The notes: generated from the letters alone by a model not told the origin. Positions 9,280 through 20,678 are shown, numbered from the stretch's first letter. The stretch: DNA of 64,000 bases from an uncultured Eubacterium sp. (GCA_964387345.1 CAYLWI010000001.1:47525-111524); one strand, 5' to 3'. Made by a program: numbers and translations.

Positions 9280-10458
9280 ATGCAGTATAGAAAAGGAAAA
9301 GACGGTACAGACATATCTATACTGGCTTATGGCTGTATGCGCTTTACCAGGAAAAACGGGAAAATTGACATGGACAAGACAGAACAGGAGCTGATGGAGG
9401 CCGTTTCCCTGGGCGTCAATTATTTTGATACCGCCTACATTTACGGCGGCAGCGAGGCGGCCATGGGAGAGATCTTTGAGCGGAATCACTGTCGTGAAAA
9501 GATATATATTGCGGACAAGCTGCCCCATTATCTGATCCGTTCCCGGGAAGGCCTGGAGAAAAAGTTCCGGGAGCAGCTGGACAGACTCCGTACAGATTAT
9601 ATCGATTATTATCTGATGCATATGCTGACAGATACGGCCACCTGGGACAAGCTGAAGAGTCTTGGAATTGAGGAGTGGATAGAGGAAAAGCTGAGGTCGG
9701 GACAGATCCGGCATATCGGTTTTTCTTATCATGGAAGCGCGGATATGTTCTGCCGTCTGGTGGACGTCTATGACTGGGATTTCTGTATGATCCAGTATAA
9801 TTATCTGGATGAAAACAGCCAGGCGGGACGAAAAGGGCTTTCCTATGCATCCGGGAAAGGACTTCCGGTGGTGATTATGGAGCCGCTCCGGGGAGGAAGG
9901 CTGGTGAACCTGCTTCCTGATTCCGCGAAGAAGCTGATCGCGGAGAATCCCCGGGGCTATACTCCGGCAGAGTGGTCTTTCCGGTGGCTCTGGAACCAGC
10001 CGGAGGTGACGGCTGTCCTTTCCGGCATGAATTCCCTGGAAATGCTCCGGGAAAATGCCGCCATTGCTTCCTCGGTAAAAGCGGGGGATTTTACGGAAGA
10101 GGATTTTGCTCTTGTTGAGCAGGTCAGGGCTGAAATCAATCATACGCTGAAGGTGGGCTGTACCGGATGCGGGTACTGTATGCCCTGTCCCCGGGCAGTC
10201 GATATTCCCGGAACCTTCAGCGCATGGAATATGTTTTATTCACAGGATAAGCGGGCGGCCAGGAAAAGCTATATGCGGTGTACCGTGTTCCGGCATGATC
10301 CCAGCAGCGCCTCCCGGTGTACCGGCTGCGGGGCATGCGAGCTGCGCTGTCCCCAGAAGATCCGGATCAGAGAGCAGCTGAAGGCGGCGTCCTCCGATCT
10401 GGAAACTCCTGTTTATAAAGGAGTCCGGACTCTGATCCGGCTGCTCCATCTGTGGTAA
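9280..10458 (+). CDS. Aldo/keto reductase with C-terminal 4Fe-4S dicluster domain
   Basis: GCMRF, FDTAYIY, MEPLRGG; CTGCGYCMPCP and CTGCGACELRCP. Confidence 0.9.
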   Translation: MQYRKGKDGTDISILAYGCMRFTRKNGKIDMDKTEQELMEAVSLGVNYFDTAYIYGGSEAAMGEIFERNHCREKIYIADKLPHYLIRSREGLEKKFREQLDRLRTDYIDYYLMHMLTDTATWDKLKSLGIEEWIEEKLRSGQIRHIGFSYHGSADMFCRLVDVYDWDFCMIQYNYLDENSQAGRKGLSYASGKGLPVVIMEPLRGGRLVNLLPDSAKKLIAENPRGYTPAEWSFRWLWNQPEVTAVLSGMNSLEMLRENAAIASSVKAGDFTEEDFALVEQVRAEINHTLKVGCTGCGYCMPCPRAVDIPGTFSAWNMFYSQDKRAARKSYMRCTVFRHDPSSASRCTGCGACELRCPQKIRIREQLKAASSDLETPVYKGVRTLIRLLHLW

Positions 10459-10466
10459 AACGGATT

Positions 10467-12227
10467 TTACCGGATTGTCCAGTTTCCGCTTTCGGTCTGA
10501 AGATGTACCATATGGGCGTACAGACCATTTTTTTCCATCAGCGCGACGGGGCTGCCCTGCTCGGCAACAGTTCCATCTGCCAGAACTATCACCTGGTCCG
10601 CTCCCGCGACGGTGCGCATCCGGTGGGCAATGACAAGAACGGTTTTGTCCCTGATCAGCCGGGACAGTGCTGTCTGGATGGCGGACTCATTTTCCACATC
10701 CAGACTTGCGGTCGCTTCATCCAGCAGGATGATGGGAGCATCCTTTAAAAAGGCCCGGGCAATAGAGATTCTCTGGCGTTCACCGCCCGATAATTCGCAT
10801 CCGTTTTCACCGATCCGGGCGTTCCACTGATCGGGAAGTTTTTCTGCAAATTCGTTTACATTCGCGAGCTTTGCCGCCCTTATGACCTCCTCGTCGGTGG
10901 CGTCTTTTTTCCCGATCCGGATATTTTCCATAATTGTATTATCGAACAGTGTGACATCCTGGAAAACAATGGAATACAGACGCATGAGCGTTTCCGGGGC
11001 GATTTCTGATATATCCATGCCGCCGACGGTGATTTTTCCTTTATCTATATCCCAGAATCTGGCCGCAAGGCGGGAAATTGTGGTTTTTCCGCCGCCGGAA
11101 GGACCCACCAGGGCTGTTACCTGCCCCTGTTTTGCCGTAAAGGAGACATCTTTTAAAACGGTTTCACCGGAATTATAGGAAAATCCCACATGATCAAACA
11201 CAATATCGCAGCCCTGGTTGGAGAGAGTGTTCTTTCCATCCTGCACCGGATAATCCAGAATCTCGTTCATACGGGAAATGTTTGTGTTTGTGCTGATAAT
11301 TGCAGCCAGGTTCTGGAGCGTACTTTCCAGAGGATCGTACAGCCGGGAGACTACAAGCAGGAACAGGAAAAAAGTGAGGATATCTGTGTTGCCGCTTATC
11401 AGCATTGCCGACCCGGCGAGAGCCACGGTGGCAATCCCCAGCTTCAGGATCATGGATGCGGGAACCACAAAGGCTGCCGCGCCCAGTTCAGAGATAACCG
11501 CCCGCTTTTCAATGACTCCGGCTTTTTCATCCAGCTGATCCAGATACTTATCCTGGGCATTGTTGGAACGGAGGTCGTTCATGGTCTCCATGAATTCCTG
11601 GAGACCATCCTCATAAGAGATTTTTGCGTCCATGGCCTTCCTGGAGAACATATTCTGCACCCGGGTGGAAAGAGCCACAATAGCGAGTGCCACCGGGAGA
11701 ACCCACAGGGCGGCCAGCGCCAGTCTCCAGTCAAAGAAAAACAGGATAATGCCGATCAGTACCGTGGAAATACCGGCGCCGATGAGAGGGGCTACATAGT
11801 GGGACTGGCTGGTTTCCAGAACAGCACAGTCATTCATAATGGAGGACGTCAGATCTGCCAGATCCTTTTTCCCAAAGAAAGAAAGCGGAATTTTCCGGAG
11901 CTTTTCCGCCAGGCTGATCCTGCGGACGCCCGTTTCCAGATAGGTTGCCAGATAAGTGCCGTTATACTGGAACCAGGTGGTGATCAGAATGAGGACGGCG
12001 CATAAAATAATTCCTCCGACATATAGCGCCGTCTGGCCGTCCTCATGCACGTTGCCCTGCAAAAGATTTCTGGTCAGGAAATAGAGAAGTCCTGCCGGAA
12101 ACATGAATGATATATTCTGGAGCGCGCAGAAAATACTTCCTTTTATCAGATCTACCGCTCCCTTATGGGAAAGGGCGAATCTTCTTTGTAATTTCTGAAT
12201 CATAACAGAATCAGGCCTCCTTTCCAT
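10467..12227 (-). CDS. ABC exporter subunit (permease + ATPase), second half of a heterodimer
   Basis: N-terminal TM domain; GPSGGGKT, LSGGERQR, ILLDEAT. Confidence 0.93.
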   Translation of the reverse strand: MERRPDSVMIQKLQRRFALSHKGAVDLIKGSIFCALQNISFMFPAGLLYFLTRNLLQGNVHEDGQTALYVGGIILCAVLILITTWFQYNGTYLATYLETGVRRISLAEKLRKIPLSFFGKKDLADLTSSIMNDCAVLETSQSHYVAPLIGAGISTVLIGIILFFFDWRLALAALWVLPVALAIVALSTRVQNMFSRKAMDAKISYEDGLQEFMETMNDLRSNNAQDKYLDQLDEKAGVIEKRAVISELGAAAFVVPASMILKLGIATVALAGSAMLISGNTDILTFFLFLLVVSRLYDPLESTLQNLAAIISTNTNISRMNEILDYPVQDGKNTLSNQGCDIVFDHVGFSYNSGETVLKDVSFTAKQGQVTALVGPSGGGKTTISRLAARFWDIDKGKITVGGMDISEIAPETLMRLYSIVFQDVTLFDNTIMENIRIGKKDATDEEVIRAAKLANVNEFAEKLPDQWNARIGENGCELSGGERQRISIARAFLKDAPIILLDEATASLDVENESAIQTALSRLIRDKTVLVIAHRMRTVAGADQVIVLADGTVAEQGSPVALMEKNGLYAHMVHLQTESGNWTIR

Positions 12228-13986
12228 CGCTCATTTTCCACCGAAGCGACTGCTGGTATTCCTCCCACATGCGGCTGAACAGCCCTTTCCGGTCCAGCAG
12301 TTCCCGGCTGTTTCCGCTTTCCGCCAGATGCCCGTCCTGGAGAACAAAGATTTTATCAGCGCTTACCACGGTGGAGAGACGATGCGCAATCATGATAACT
12401 GTTCTTCCCTTTGCGAGTTCTGTAAATGCGGCCTGGACCCGGCTTTCATTATCAGCGTCGGCGAAGGCCGTAGCCTCGTCCAGGATAATCACGGGAGCGT
12501 TTTTCAGCCAGGCCCGGGCAATAGCCAGGCGCTGCTGCTCCCCGCCGGAGAGGTAAACTCCCTTTTTCCCTACCACTGTATGAATACCGTCGGGCAGTTT
12601 TTCTATAATATCCATGCACTGGGCTGCCCGGAGGGCTTCCATGACCTGTTCCTCTGTGGCTTCCGGTTTTCCGAGGCGGATATTGTCCAGTATGGAAGCC
12701 TTCAGAAGCCGGCTGTTCTGGAATACGAAGGCGACGGTGTCCATCAGCTCTATTTTGCTGATTGTTTTTACATCCACTCCGCCCAGGAGAATCTGGCCGT
12801 CCCGGGGATCAGAGAACCGGGCAATGAGACTTGCCAGGGTCGATTTTCCGCCGCCGGAAGGCCCCACAAATGCTGCGGTTTCCCCGGCGCCAATGGTGAG
12901 AGAAATATGTTCCAGGGCATTTTTCTTTCCGTCATAACTGAAAGTGACGTCTTTCAATTCTACAGAAGCGCCTCCGGGATGTATGGGAGAGGAGCATTCT
13001 GACAGCGGCTCCATATCCAGAACAGAATCAATCCTCTGAAGGGCGTCGGCCACGATCATCTGATTTTCACTCTGGAACATGATTCTGGTCAGGGTCAGCG
13101 AGATGACCGGCGTGATTATAATGTAAAAGAGCAGGTTCAGCAGAAAGGAAGTATCCACTCCGTCTCTGGTGAAAACCAGCGCGGCCGCGATGAGAAAAGC
13201 AAACACACTGTTAATAGCCAGGGTGTAAAATAGCATCGGCGTCCGAAGATTTTTCGTGTAGGCGATAGCCCACCGGCTGTAACGGTCGATAGCGTCTTTA
13301 AATTTTTTGAAGGAAAACATGGTCTGCCCGAAGGTTTTTACGACAGGAATACCACGGACATATTCCACGGCTTCGTTTGACATATCTGCCAGGGCATTCT
13401 GGTATTCTGTCATTTTTTCCTGCATCCGGGAGCCGGTCATTCCCAACATGATCAGAAAACCGAGAGCCACTGGCACGAGGCTTAAAAGCCCCATTCTCCA
13501 GTCAAAAACCAGCAGGAGAAAGAGAAGACCGGCAGTGGTAGCCAGGGTTTTCGCCTTATCCGGAAGCTGGTGTGCCAGAAAGGTTTCCGCGGCGCCGCTG
13601 GTTTCCGAGATGATCCGTCTCAGCTTTCCGCTTCCCATCTGTCCGATTTTCCCCAGGGGAAGAGTGGCGATGTGATGGGTCAGATGAGTCCGTATATTGG
13701 TTGCGATCCGGAATGCGGACAGATGGGAGCACAAAAGTCCGCAGATATAAACTGCCATGGAAAGAACCGCTGACAGCACAGCCATCCAGCCGTAACGGGT
13801 AATGTGTACAGCCTGGGAAAAGTCCGGCGCCACGCGGAGAATCTCATCAAGGATCCGCCAGATATACCAGAAGGGAATCAGTGCAAGAATGGCGCTTGCC
13901 GCGGATAAACCCCAGGAAAGATAAGTGAGAATTTTGTGCTTCCCGGAATATGAGAGAAGCCGCGATAAGTTGGATTGTCTGTTCAA
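12211..13986 (-). CDS. ABC exporter subunit (permease + ATPase), first half of a heterodimer
   Basis: TTG start with GGAGG RBS; GPSGGGKS, LSGGEQQR, IILDEATAFAD; overlaps partner gene. Confidence 0.93.
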   Translation of the reverse strand: MNRQSNLSRLLSYSGKHKILTYLSWGLSAASAILALIPFWYIWRILDEILRVAPDFSQAVHITRYGWMAVLSAVLSMAVYICGLLCSHLSAFRIATNIRTHLTHHIATLPLGKIGQMGSGKLRRIISETSGAAETFLAHQLPDKAKTLATTAGLLFLLLVFDWRMGLLSLVPVALGFLIMLGMTGSRMQEKMTEYQNALADMSNEAVEYVRGIPVVKTFGQTMFSFKKFKDAIDRYSRWAIAYTKNLRTPMLFYTLAINSVFAFLIAAALVFTRDGVDTSFLLNLLFYIIITPVISLTLTRIMFQSENQMIVADALQRIDSVLDMEPLSECSSPIHPGGASVELKDVTFSYDGKKNALEHISLTIGAGETAAFVGPSGGGKSTLASLIARFSDPRDGQILLGGVDVKTISKIELMDTVAFVFQNSRLLKASILDNIRLGKPEATEEQVMEALRAAQCMDIIEKLPDGIHTVVGKKGVYLSGGEQQRLAIARAWLKNAPVIILDEATAFADADNESRVQAAFTELAKGRTVIMIAHRLSTVVSADKIFVLQDGHLAESGNSRELLDRKGLFSRMWEEYQQSLRWKMSDGKEA

Positions 13987-14105
13987 AATAAACCTCCTTT
14001 ATAACGGGAATTTATAGTGATAAACGGCGGCGCTGCAGTCGCCTCCCGGATATCCTGTTCTGGTGCGGTATAGTTACAGAGAGTGGTAAAAAAGGCTAAA
14101 ATATA

Positions 14106-14119
14106 TTAGTTATAACTAA
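14106..14119. promoter_or_regulatory. Perfect palindrome TTAGTTATAACTAA, candidate operator for the ABC pair
   Basis: 14-bp palindrome between the tetR stop and the ABC start; role inferred. Confidence 0.4.
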
Positions 14120-14144
14120 CTTATGGATATGAAATGACAGCCTC

Positions 14145-14765
14145 TTACTGTCCCATAATTTTCATCCAGCCTGCGGAGTAAAACTTCCACATTTCCTCCA
14201 GGTAACGCTCCGCCTGGTCCAGCGGCATTTCATGAATAATCAGTTCAAAATAGGCGTTGAACATCCCTGTGATCAGAATATGTTCCAGTTTCGGATCGAT
14301 ACGGGGAGAGGGCATTCCCAGCTGGTTCAGAACCTCCTGGTAATCGTGGGTGGACTGTGTCTCAATCTCAACCATCTCATCCACCATACCGGCAAAGCGT
14401 GTCCCCTCAGAGCAGCATAGCAGGAGCTTGAAAGAATCCAGATGTTCATAGGCGTAAAGCAGCATCTGATGCATACATCCATAGGAAATAACGCTGAGAT
14501 TTTCCGGCTGTTTTTCCGGAGGCAGCGCCGCGAAATCGGCCTGCGCTTTCCGGTAGGCGCCCATGAGAGTGTCATAAGATTCTTTTACCAGAGCTTCGAA
14601 AAGGTCTTCCTTGCTGTTGTAATAACCGTAAAAAGCTCCGGTGGTTACACCGGCTGTTTTTACGATATTCCGCAGCGACGCGGTGCGGAACCCCTTTTCC
14701 ATGAACTCTGCCCTGGCGGCCGTGTGAATCCGTTCTAAAGTATTGTTTTCTGTCTCTGTATTCAA
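14145..14765 (-). CDS. TetR/AcrR-family transcriptional regulator
   Basis: EFMEKGFRTASLRNIVKTAGVTTGAFYGYYNSKEDLF helix-turn-helix. Confidence 0.93.
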   Translation of the reverse strand: MNTETENNTLERIHTAARAEFMEKGFRTASLRNIVKTAGVTTGAFYGYYNSKEDLFEALVKESYDTLMGAYRKAQADFAALPPEKQPENLSVISYGCMHQMLLYAYEHLDSFKLLLCCSEGTRFAGMVDEMVEIETQSTHDYQEVLNQLGMPSPRIDPKLEHILITGMFNAYFELIIHEMPLDQAERYLEEMWKFYSAGWMKIMGQ

Positions 14766-14777
14766 TTCTTCACCCCT

Positions 14778-14832
14778 GTAACAGTGTTATATAGCGCTGT
14801 TATATTGTATGCCGGAGAAATGGAATTGTCAA
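14778..14832 (-). promoter_or_regulatory. tetR promoter with tandem candidate auto-operators
   Basis: TTGACA(14832-14827)-17-TACAAT(14809-14804), followed by ATAACAGCGCTAT and ATAACACTGTTAC near-palindromes. Confidence 0.65.
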
Positions 14833-14992
14833 GAGGGAGTGATGAAAATTAAAATTTTTCTTAAAAACAGAGCCAGTTCTTCCAGTCCTTTTTACTTTGT
14901 GATATACTGAGGAACATGGTGCCGGGGCAGGAAATATACCGGAAGAAGATTTACTGTAGAAAAAGGAGAGACGGGAGTCAGGGGAGTATACA

Positions 14993-15976
14993 ATGAAAAA
15001 AGTACGTGATAATCAGTTTGATAATATAAAAGCAATTTTGATTTTTTGTGTGTTGCTGGGACATGTCATCAGCAATTTTGGCAGGACAGGAAGCGCAGCG
15101 GTCGTATATGATATTATTTTCAGTTTCCATATGCCGGCCTTCCTGTTTGTATCCGGGTATTTTGCAAAATATAATCCGAAGAAGGTATTTGCCAGCCTGT
15201 GTCCGCTGTATGTTATTTTCCAGGTACTCCAGTATCTGGAACAGGGAATTCTGGAATTCTTTGAAACAGGAGATCTGAAGATGGGAAGATTTGATCTGTT
15301 TACTCCCCAGTGGACATTGTGGTATCTTCTGGCGCTGATGGCTTTCCAGCTTTTGCTGCCGGTGTTTGATACAGATAATAAAAAGAAACAGGGAGGCTTT
15401 CTCCTGCTGGCACTGGCTCTGGGAATGATGGTGGGATTTGCTCCGGATACAGATAATTTTCTCGCCATGTCAAGAGTGTTTGTATTTCTTCCTTTTTATC
15501 TCTGGGGATATTATGAAAAAAAGAATCAGATGCTCCGGACGCTGAGAAACAGCGGACATCCCTTCTGCATAAGGGGAGTCGCCGCCGCTGTCGGAGTCGC
15601 GCTGGTGCTCCTTTTCTGCCTGTTTCAAAGCCGGATTGTATCGAAAAACTTTTATGGAACAGAGCCATTTGACAATGCCGGAATGTTTGTGGGACGGGTA
15701 TTTTTCTGGATGACGGCGGCGCTATGGATTCTGATTCTTGTAATCTGGGTCCCGGACCGGAAACTGGGGTATCTTGGAACCATCGGAAGAAATACCCTGC
15801 CGGTTTATCTGTTTCATTCCCTGGTGATTCTGGCGCTGGCGGCTACGCCTCTGAAAGGGGTAATGGAAGAAAAGCTTTTTCTGATGATCTGTCTGTCGGC
15901 AGTGCTGACGGTCATTCTGGCCTGGAACAGGCTGGAAATGCTGCTGCGGAACATCAGGATTCCATGTAAGAGCTGA
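14993..15976 (+). CDS. Acyltransferase-3 family membrane O-acyltransferase
   Basis: DNIKAILIFCVLLGH, FHMPAFLFVSGYF, WYLLAL; about 10 hydrophobic segments. Confidence 0.88.
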   Translation: MKKVRDNQFDNIKAILIFCVLLGHVISNFGRTGSAAVVYDIIFSFHMPAFLFVSGYFAKYNPKKVFASLCPLYVIFQVLQYLEQGILEFFETGDLKMGRFDLFTPQWTLWYLLALMAFQLLLPVFDTDNKKKQGGFLLLALALGMMVGFAPDTDNFLAMSRVFVFLPFYLWGYYEKKNQMLRTLRNSGHPFCIRGVAAAVGVALVLLFCLFQSRIVSKNFYGTEPFDNAGMFVGRVFFWMTAALWILILVIWVPDRKLGYLGTIGRNTLPVYLFHSLVILALAATPLKGVMEEKLFLMICLSAVLTVILAWNRLEMLLRNIRIPCKS

Positions 15977-16091
15977 TGGGAAGATATGCTTCAGCTCACA
16001 GCGCAAAAAGAAAGAAGCAGGCGTTATTTTCGATGGAGCGCAGCGGCATTCAGCAGTATATGCAGACTGAGAACCTGTCTGGAACAGATGG

Positions 16092-16140
16092 AAATCCCCC
16101 GGGAAGCAGATCTTTGGATCCGGCTTTCCGGGGGATTTTT
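16092..16140. terminator. Hairpin between the convergent acyltransferase and activase genes
   Basis: AAATCCCCCGGGAAGC...GCTTTCCGGGGGATTTTT. Confidence 0.6.
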
Positions 16141-16165
16141 TCAGAAAATAATCAATAATGAAGGT

Positions 16166-19100
16166 TTATTCCTGCGCCGCCAGGTTCTTCTGGGCGGTGG
16201 AAAGCATCAGCTTGATACGGTTCAGCTGGTTTACTTCGCTGGCGCCGGGATCAAAGTCGATAGCGACAATATTGGATTCCGGATACTGGCGCCGCAGCTC
16301 CTTGATGACGCCCTTGCCGACGATGTGGTTCGGCAGGCAGGCAAAGGGCTGGCAGCAGACAATATTGTTGACGCCGGAATGGATCAGTTCTACCATTTCG
16401 CCGGTCAGGAACCATCCCTCGCCGGTCTGGTTTCCAAGAGATACAATGTCCTTTGCTCCCTCTGCAGTCTCATAAATACTGGAAGGAGGCGTAAAGTGCT
16501 TACTTTCCTCCAGGGCCCTATGAGCTGTCTTACGGAGGAATTCGATGCCCCGGATTCCCAGCTTTGATTTGATCCAGGTGGACTTTTTAAAGCCCAGATT
16601 GTCTGCCTTGAACTTGTTGTTGTAGAAGCAGTACAGGAAGAAGTCCATCAGATCCGGAACTACCGGTTCCGCGCCCTCAGACTCCAGCAGATCTGCCAGG
16701 AAGTTGTTTGCCATGGGCATGAACTTCACAAGGATCTCGCCCACAATGCCCACCTTCGGTTTTTTGATATCCCGTCTGGGAATATTGTCAAAATCCCGCA
16801 CGATTTCACGGCAGTAGCGTTTGTATGTTCTGTGGCTGATCGCTTTATCTGTGGAAACGTAATCCGTGATTTTTTTCACCCATTTCTGATACATGGCGTC
16901 CGTGGCGCCTTCTTCCGCTTCGTAAGGTCTGGTGGCATAAATGCAGCGCATCAGAATGTCTCCGAAGATCAGACAGTAAATGCCTCTCTGGGCCAGGGAG
17001 AAATTGATCTTAAATCCGGGATTCCGCTCCAGATCACTCAGATTCAGCGAAATCACCGGAATCTGCGGATATCCGGCATTTTCCAGCGCGCGCCGGATAA
17101 AGCCTACGTAGTTGGAAGCGCGGCAGCCTCCGCCGGTCTGGGTCATAATAATTGCCAGATGGTCGGTGTCATATTTGCCGGAGGTAACCGCGTCCATGAA
17201 CATTCCAACTGTAATCAGGGAAGGGTAGCAGGCGTCGTTGTTTACATACTTCAGTCCGGCGTTGACCGCATCTTTGTTGTCATTTCCAAGAACCACCAGA
17301 TTATAGCCGGAAGCTTTGAAAGCAGGTTCCAGCAGTTCGAAATGGATAGGAGACATCTGTGGCGCCAGGATCGTGTAGGTCTTCCTCATTTCCTCCGTGA
17401 AAACCACACGGTTATGGTTGGAGGGAACAATGGTTCTTTCTGTGGGATGTTTTTCTCTGGTGCGGATGGCGGCAATCAGAGAACGGATCCGGATCCGGGC
17501 CGCGCCAAGATTGTTCACCTCATCAATTTTCAGACAGGTATAAATCTTGCCTGATTTTGTCAGAATATCGCTGACTTCATCTGTTGTAATCGCGTCCAGA
17601 CCGCAGCCGAAGGAATTCAGCTGGATCAGATCCAGATTTTCTGTTGTCTTTACATACTGTGCCGCCGCGTATAGTCTGGAGTGGTACATCCACTGGTCCA
17701 GTACAATCAGCGGGCGCTCCACCGGCTGGAGATGGGAGATGGAGTCTTCCGTGAGAACTGCAAATCCATAGGAAGTAATCAGCTCCGGGATTCCGTGGTT
17801 GATCTCCGGATCAATGTGGTAAGGACGGCCTGCCAGGACAATTCCCCGGCGGTTGTTATCCTTCATCCACTGAAGGGTCTCCTCGCCCTTTTTCCCCATA
17901 TCGTTCCTGGCGTCAGCCAGCTCTTTCCAGGCTTTGTGGATTGCGGCATGGCTTTCTTTTTCATGGATACCGAACTCTTCCTTCAGAATTTCAGAAAGCC
18001 GTTTTGTCAGAATCTCCTCGTCGGTGAGAGCCAGGAAGGGATTGATCAGTTTTACCTTTCCGGAATTGATGTCATCCACATTATTCTTGATGTTCTCCGC
18101 ATAGGAAGTGACAATCGGGCAGTTGTAATTGTTGCTGGCGTCCCTGAACTCATTCCGCTCATAGGGAATGCAGGGGTAGAAGATGGTCTGGATTCCTTCT
18201 TTGATCAGCCATGCGATATGACCGTGGGCCAGTTTGGCCGGGTAGCACTCGGACTCACTGGGGATGGACTCAATACCCATCTCATAAATCTTTCTGGTAG
18301 AGGCAGGAGAGAGTACCAGGCGGAACTTCAGTTCCCTGAAGAGTACGGCCCAGAAAGGATAATCCTCGTAAATATTCAGTACACGGGGAATGCCCAGGGT
18401 TCCTCTGACTGCTTCTTCCTCAGAAAGAGGTTCATAATCGAAGACTCTGTGCAGCTTGTATTCAAACAGATTGGGAATCTGTTCTTTATTCTTTTCTTTT
18501 CCAAGGGCGCGCTCACAGCGGTTTCCGGTAATGTACTGGCGGTTCCCGGAGAACCGGTTAATGGTCAGGAGGCAGTTGTTTGTACATTTGCCGCAGCGGG
18601 CCAGTTTTGTGGCGAACTCCAGCTTATTGATCTCATCAATGGAAAGCATGGTGGTTTCCTGCCCCTCATACCGGTCCCTGGCGATCAGGGCAGCGCCGAA
18701 AGCTCCCATGATACCCGAAATGTCCGGGCGGATGGCTTCGCGGCCGGATATGGTTTCAAAGCTGCGCAGAACGGCGTCATTATAGAAAGTTCCTCCCTGG
18801 ACAACGACATTCTTTCCGAGCTGTTCCGGATCGGACAGCTTGATGACCTTGAACAGGGCGTTTTTGATTACGGAATATGCCAGGCCCGCGGAGATATCGG
18901 CCACTGTCGCGCCTTCCTTCTGGGCCTGTTTTACCTTGGAATTCATAAACACGGTACAGCGGGTTCCCAGATCGATGGGATGCTGCGCAAATAACGCTTC
19001 TTTCGCAAAGTCCTGGACGCTGTAATTCAGTGATTTTGCAAAGGTCTCAATGAAGGAACCGCATCCGGAGGAACATGCCTCGTTTAACTGTACGCTGTCA

Positions 19101-20413
19101 ACGGTGTTATTTTTGATTTTAATGCATTTCATATCCTGGCCGCCGATATCCAGGATACAGTCCACCTCCGGGTCAAAAAAGGCCGCGGCAGTATAGTGGG
19201 CAATGGTTTCCACCTCGCCGTCATCCAGCATCAGGGCCGCCTTTACCAGGGCCTCCCCGTAACCGGTGGAGCAGGAGGAGACAATCTTTGCGTCAGCAGG
19301 CAGCTTTTCGTAAATCTCCTTCAGGGCAATGATTGAGGTTGCCAGAGGGCTGCCGTTGTTGCTGCTGTAAAAAGAATACAGCAGAGAGCCGTCCCCGCCT
19401 ACCAGGGCCACTTTGGTGGTGGTGGAACCGGCGTCGATTCCAAGGAAACAGTTTCCTTTATATGTAGAGAGATCGCCTTTGGTAACGGTCGCTTTGCTGT
19501 GGCGTTCCCGGAATTCATCATAGGCAGCCTGATCCGCGAAAAGAGGGTCCAGACGTTCCACTTCAAATTCCATGTGGATCTCACTGGAAAGCTTTGCCAT
19601 CAGATCCTCCAGGGAGATCTGATTATCCTCCTTATAGTTCAGCGCAGATCCGATGGCCGCGAACAGATGGGAGTTTTCCGGAATGATGGTATGCTCCTCA
19701 TCCAGCTTCAGCGTACGGATAAATGCTTCCCGCAGTTCGGGCAGAAAGTGCAGGGGGCCGCCCAGAAACGCTACATGACCGCGGATCGGTTTGCCGCAGG
19801 CAAGACCGCTGATGGTCTGATTGACTACCGCCTGGAAAATAGAGGCGGACAGATCCTCGCGGGTAGCGCCCTCATTGATCAGGGGCTGGATGTCGGACTT
19901 GGCAAACACACCGCATCTGGCCGCAATGGGATAGAGCGCTTTGTAATCCTTTGCATATTCATTCAGACCGCTGGCGTCTGTCTGCAGAAGAGAAGCCATC
20001 TGGTCAATGAAAGAACCGGTGCCTCCGGCGCAGATTCCGTTCATACGCTGTTCTACATTTCCGCCTTCGAAGTAGATAATTTTAGCGTCCTCGCCGCCAA
20101 GTTCGATGGCGACGTCAGTCTGGGGAGCCGCTTTCCGCAGAGCAGTGGAAACAGAGATTACTTCCTGTACGAAAGGAATTTCCAGATGTTTTGCCAGTGT
20201 CAGTCCGCCGGATCCGGTAATCATGGGACTCAGCATAATCTGACCCAGTCTGTCATGCGCTTTCTTCAGAAGACCGGACAATGTTTCCCGGATATTGGCA
20301 AAATGCCGCTCATAATCAGAAAACAGGAGCTGGTCTTTTTGATCTAAAACAGCAATTTTTACTGTGGTGGAACCGATATCGATTCCAAGCTTGTGTAAAA
20401 TGTTGTTATTCAT
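16166..20413 (-). CDS. Large CoA-substrate-specific enzyme activase / 2-hydroxyacyl-CoA dehydratase-related fusion protein
   Basis: 1415 aa from MNNN; two ASKHA ATPase domains ([10 protein letters not shown]...CAGGTG; [10 protein letters not shown]...CSSGCG) plus C-terminal Cys-containing dehydratase-like domains. Confidence 0.88.
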   Translation of the reverse strand: MNNNILHKLGIDIGSTTVKIAVLDQKDQLLFSDYERHFANIRETLSGLLKKAHDRLGQIMLSPMITGSGGLTLAKHLEIPFVQEVISVSTALRKAAPQTDVAIELGGEDAKIIYFEGGNVEQRMNGICAGGTGSFIDQMASLLQTDASGLNEYAKDYKALYPIAARCGVFAKSDIQPLINEGATREDLSASIFQAVVNQTISGLACGKPIRGHVAFLGGPLHFLPELREAFIRTLKLDEEHTIIPENSHLFAAIGSALNYKEDNQISLEDLMAKLSSEIHMEFEVERLDPLFADQAAYDEFRERHSKATVTKGDLSTYKGNCFLGIDAGSTTTKVALVGGDGSLLYSFYSSNNGSPLATSIIALKEIYEKLPADAKIVSSCSTGYGEALVKAALMLDDGEVETIAHYTAAAFFDPEVDCILDIGGQDMKCIKIKNNTVDSVQLNEACSSGCGSFIETFAKSLNYSVQDFAKEALFAQHPIDLGTRCTVFMNSKVKQAQKEGATVADISAGLAYSVIKNALFKVIKLSDPEQLGKNVVVQGGTFYNDAVLRSFETISGREAIRPDISGIMGAFGAALIARDRYEGQETTMLSIDEINKLEFATKLARCGKCTNNCLLTINRFSGNRQYITGNRCERALGKEKNKEQIPNLFEYKLHRVFDYEPLSEEEAVRGTLGIPRVLNIYEDYPFWAVLFRELKFRLVLSPASTRKIYEMGIESIPSESECYPAKLAHGHIAWLIKEGIQTIFYPCIPYERNEFRDASNNYNCPIVTSYAENIKNNVDDINSGKVKLINPFLALTDEEILTKRLSEILKEEFGIHEKESHAAIHKAWKELADARNDMGKKGEETLQWMKDNNRRGIVLAGRPYHIDPEINHGIPELITSYGFAVLTEDSISHLQPVERPLIVLDQWMYHSRLYAAAQYVKTTENLDLIQLNSFGCGLDAITTDEVSDILTKSGKIYTCLKIDEVNNLGAARIRIRSLIAAIRTREKHPTERTIVPSNHNRVVFTEEMRKTYTILAPQMSPIHFELLEPAFKASGYNLVVLGNDNKDAVNAGLKYVNNDACYPSLITVGMFMDAVTSGKYDTDHLAIIMTQTGGGCRASNYVGFIRRALENAGYPQIPVISLNLSDLERNPGFKINFSLAQRGIYCLIFGDILMRCIYATRPYEAEEGATDAMYQKWVKKITDYVSTDKAISHRTYKRYCREIVRDFDNIPRRDIKKPKVGIVGEILVKFMPMANNFLADLLESEGAEPVVPDLMDFFLYCFYNNKFKADNLGFKKSTWIKSKLGIRGIEFLRKTAHRALEESKHFTPPSSIYETAEGAKDIVSLGNQTGEGWFLTGEMVELIHSGVNNIVCCQPFACLPNHIVGKGVIKELRRQYPESNIVAIDFDPGASEVNQLNRIKLMLSTAQKNLAAQE

Positions 20414-20678
20414 AATTGTTTCACCTTTGAATTCAGATTGATTCTTACTTATTTCTATAGGTATTTCCTTCCGGATATTAACCTCACCAATTATACGACA
20501 GCGAGTTTCAAAAAACAATGTTTTTTATAGATTCTTTAGAAATGCCGGATACCAGGTGGGAATTATAAATTATTTTTTGTGAAAATTTGTGAAAATTCAC
20601 AAAAAAAATCTGTATAAAACTGGAAACTGAGGCAATATCTGTGCATATTATATAGAGATGAAATGTGCAGGTGACTGT

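Noticed and set aside
14110-14123. TTATAACTAACTTA shared with 37651-37664
   Set aside because: An AT-rich 14-mer match is expected by chance in a window this size, and the second copy lacks the palindromic left half.
15986-16567. 193-aa plus-strand ORF after the acyltransferase
   Set aside because: Mostly antisense to the activase 3' end and spans a terminator-like hairpin; no family features.
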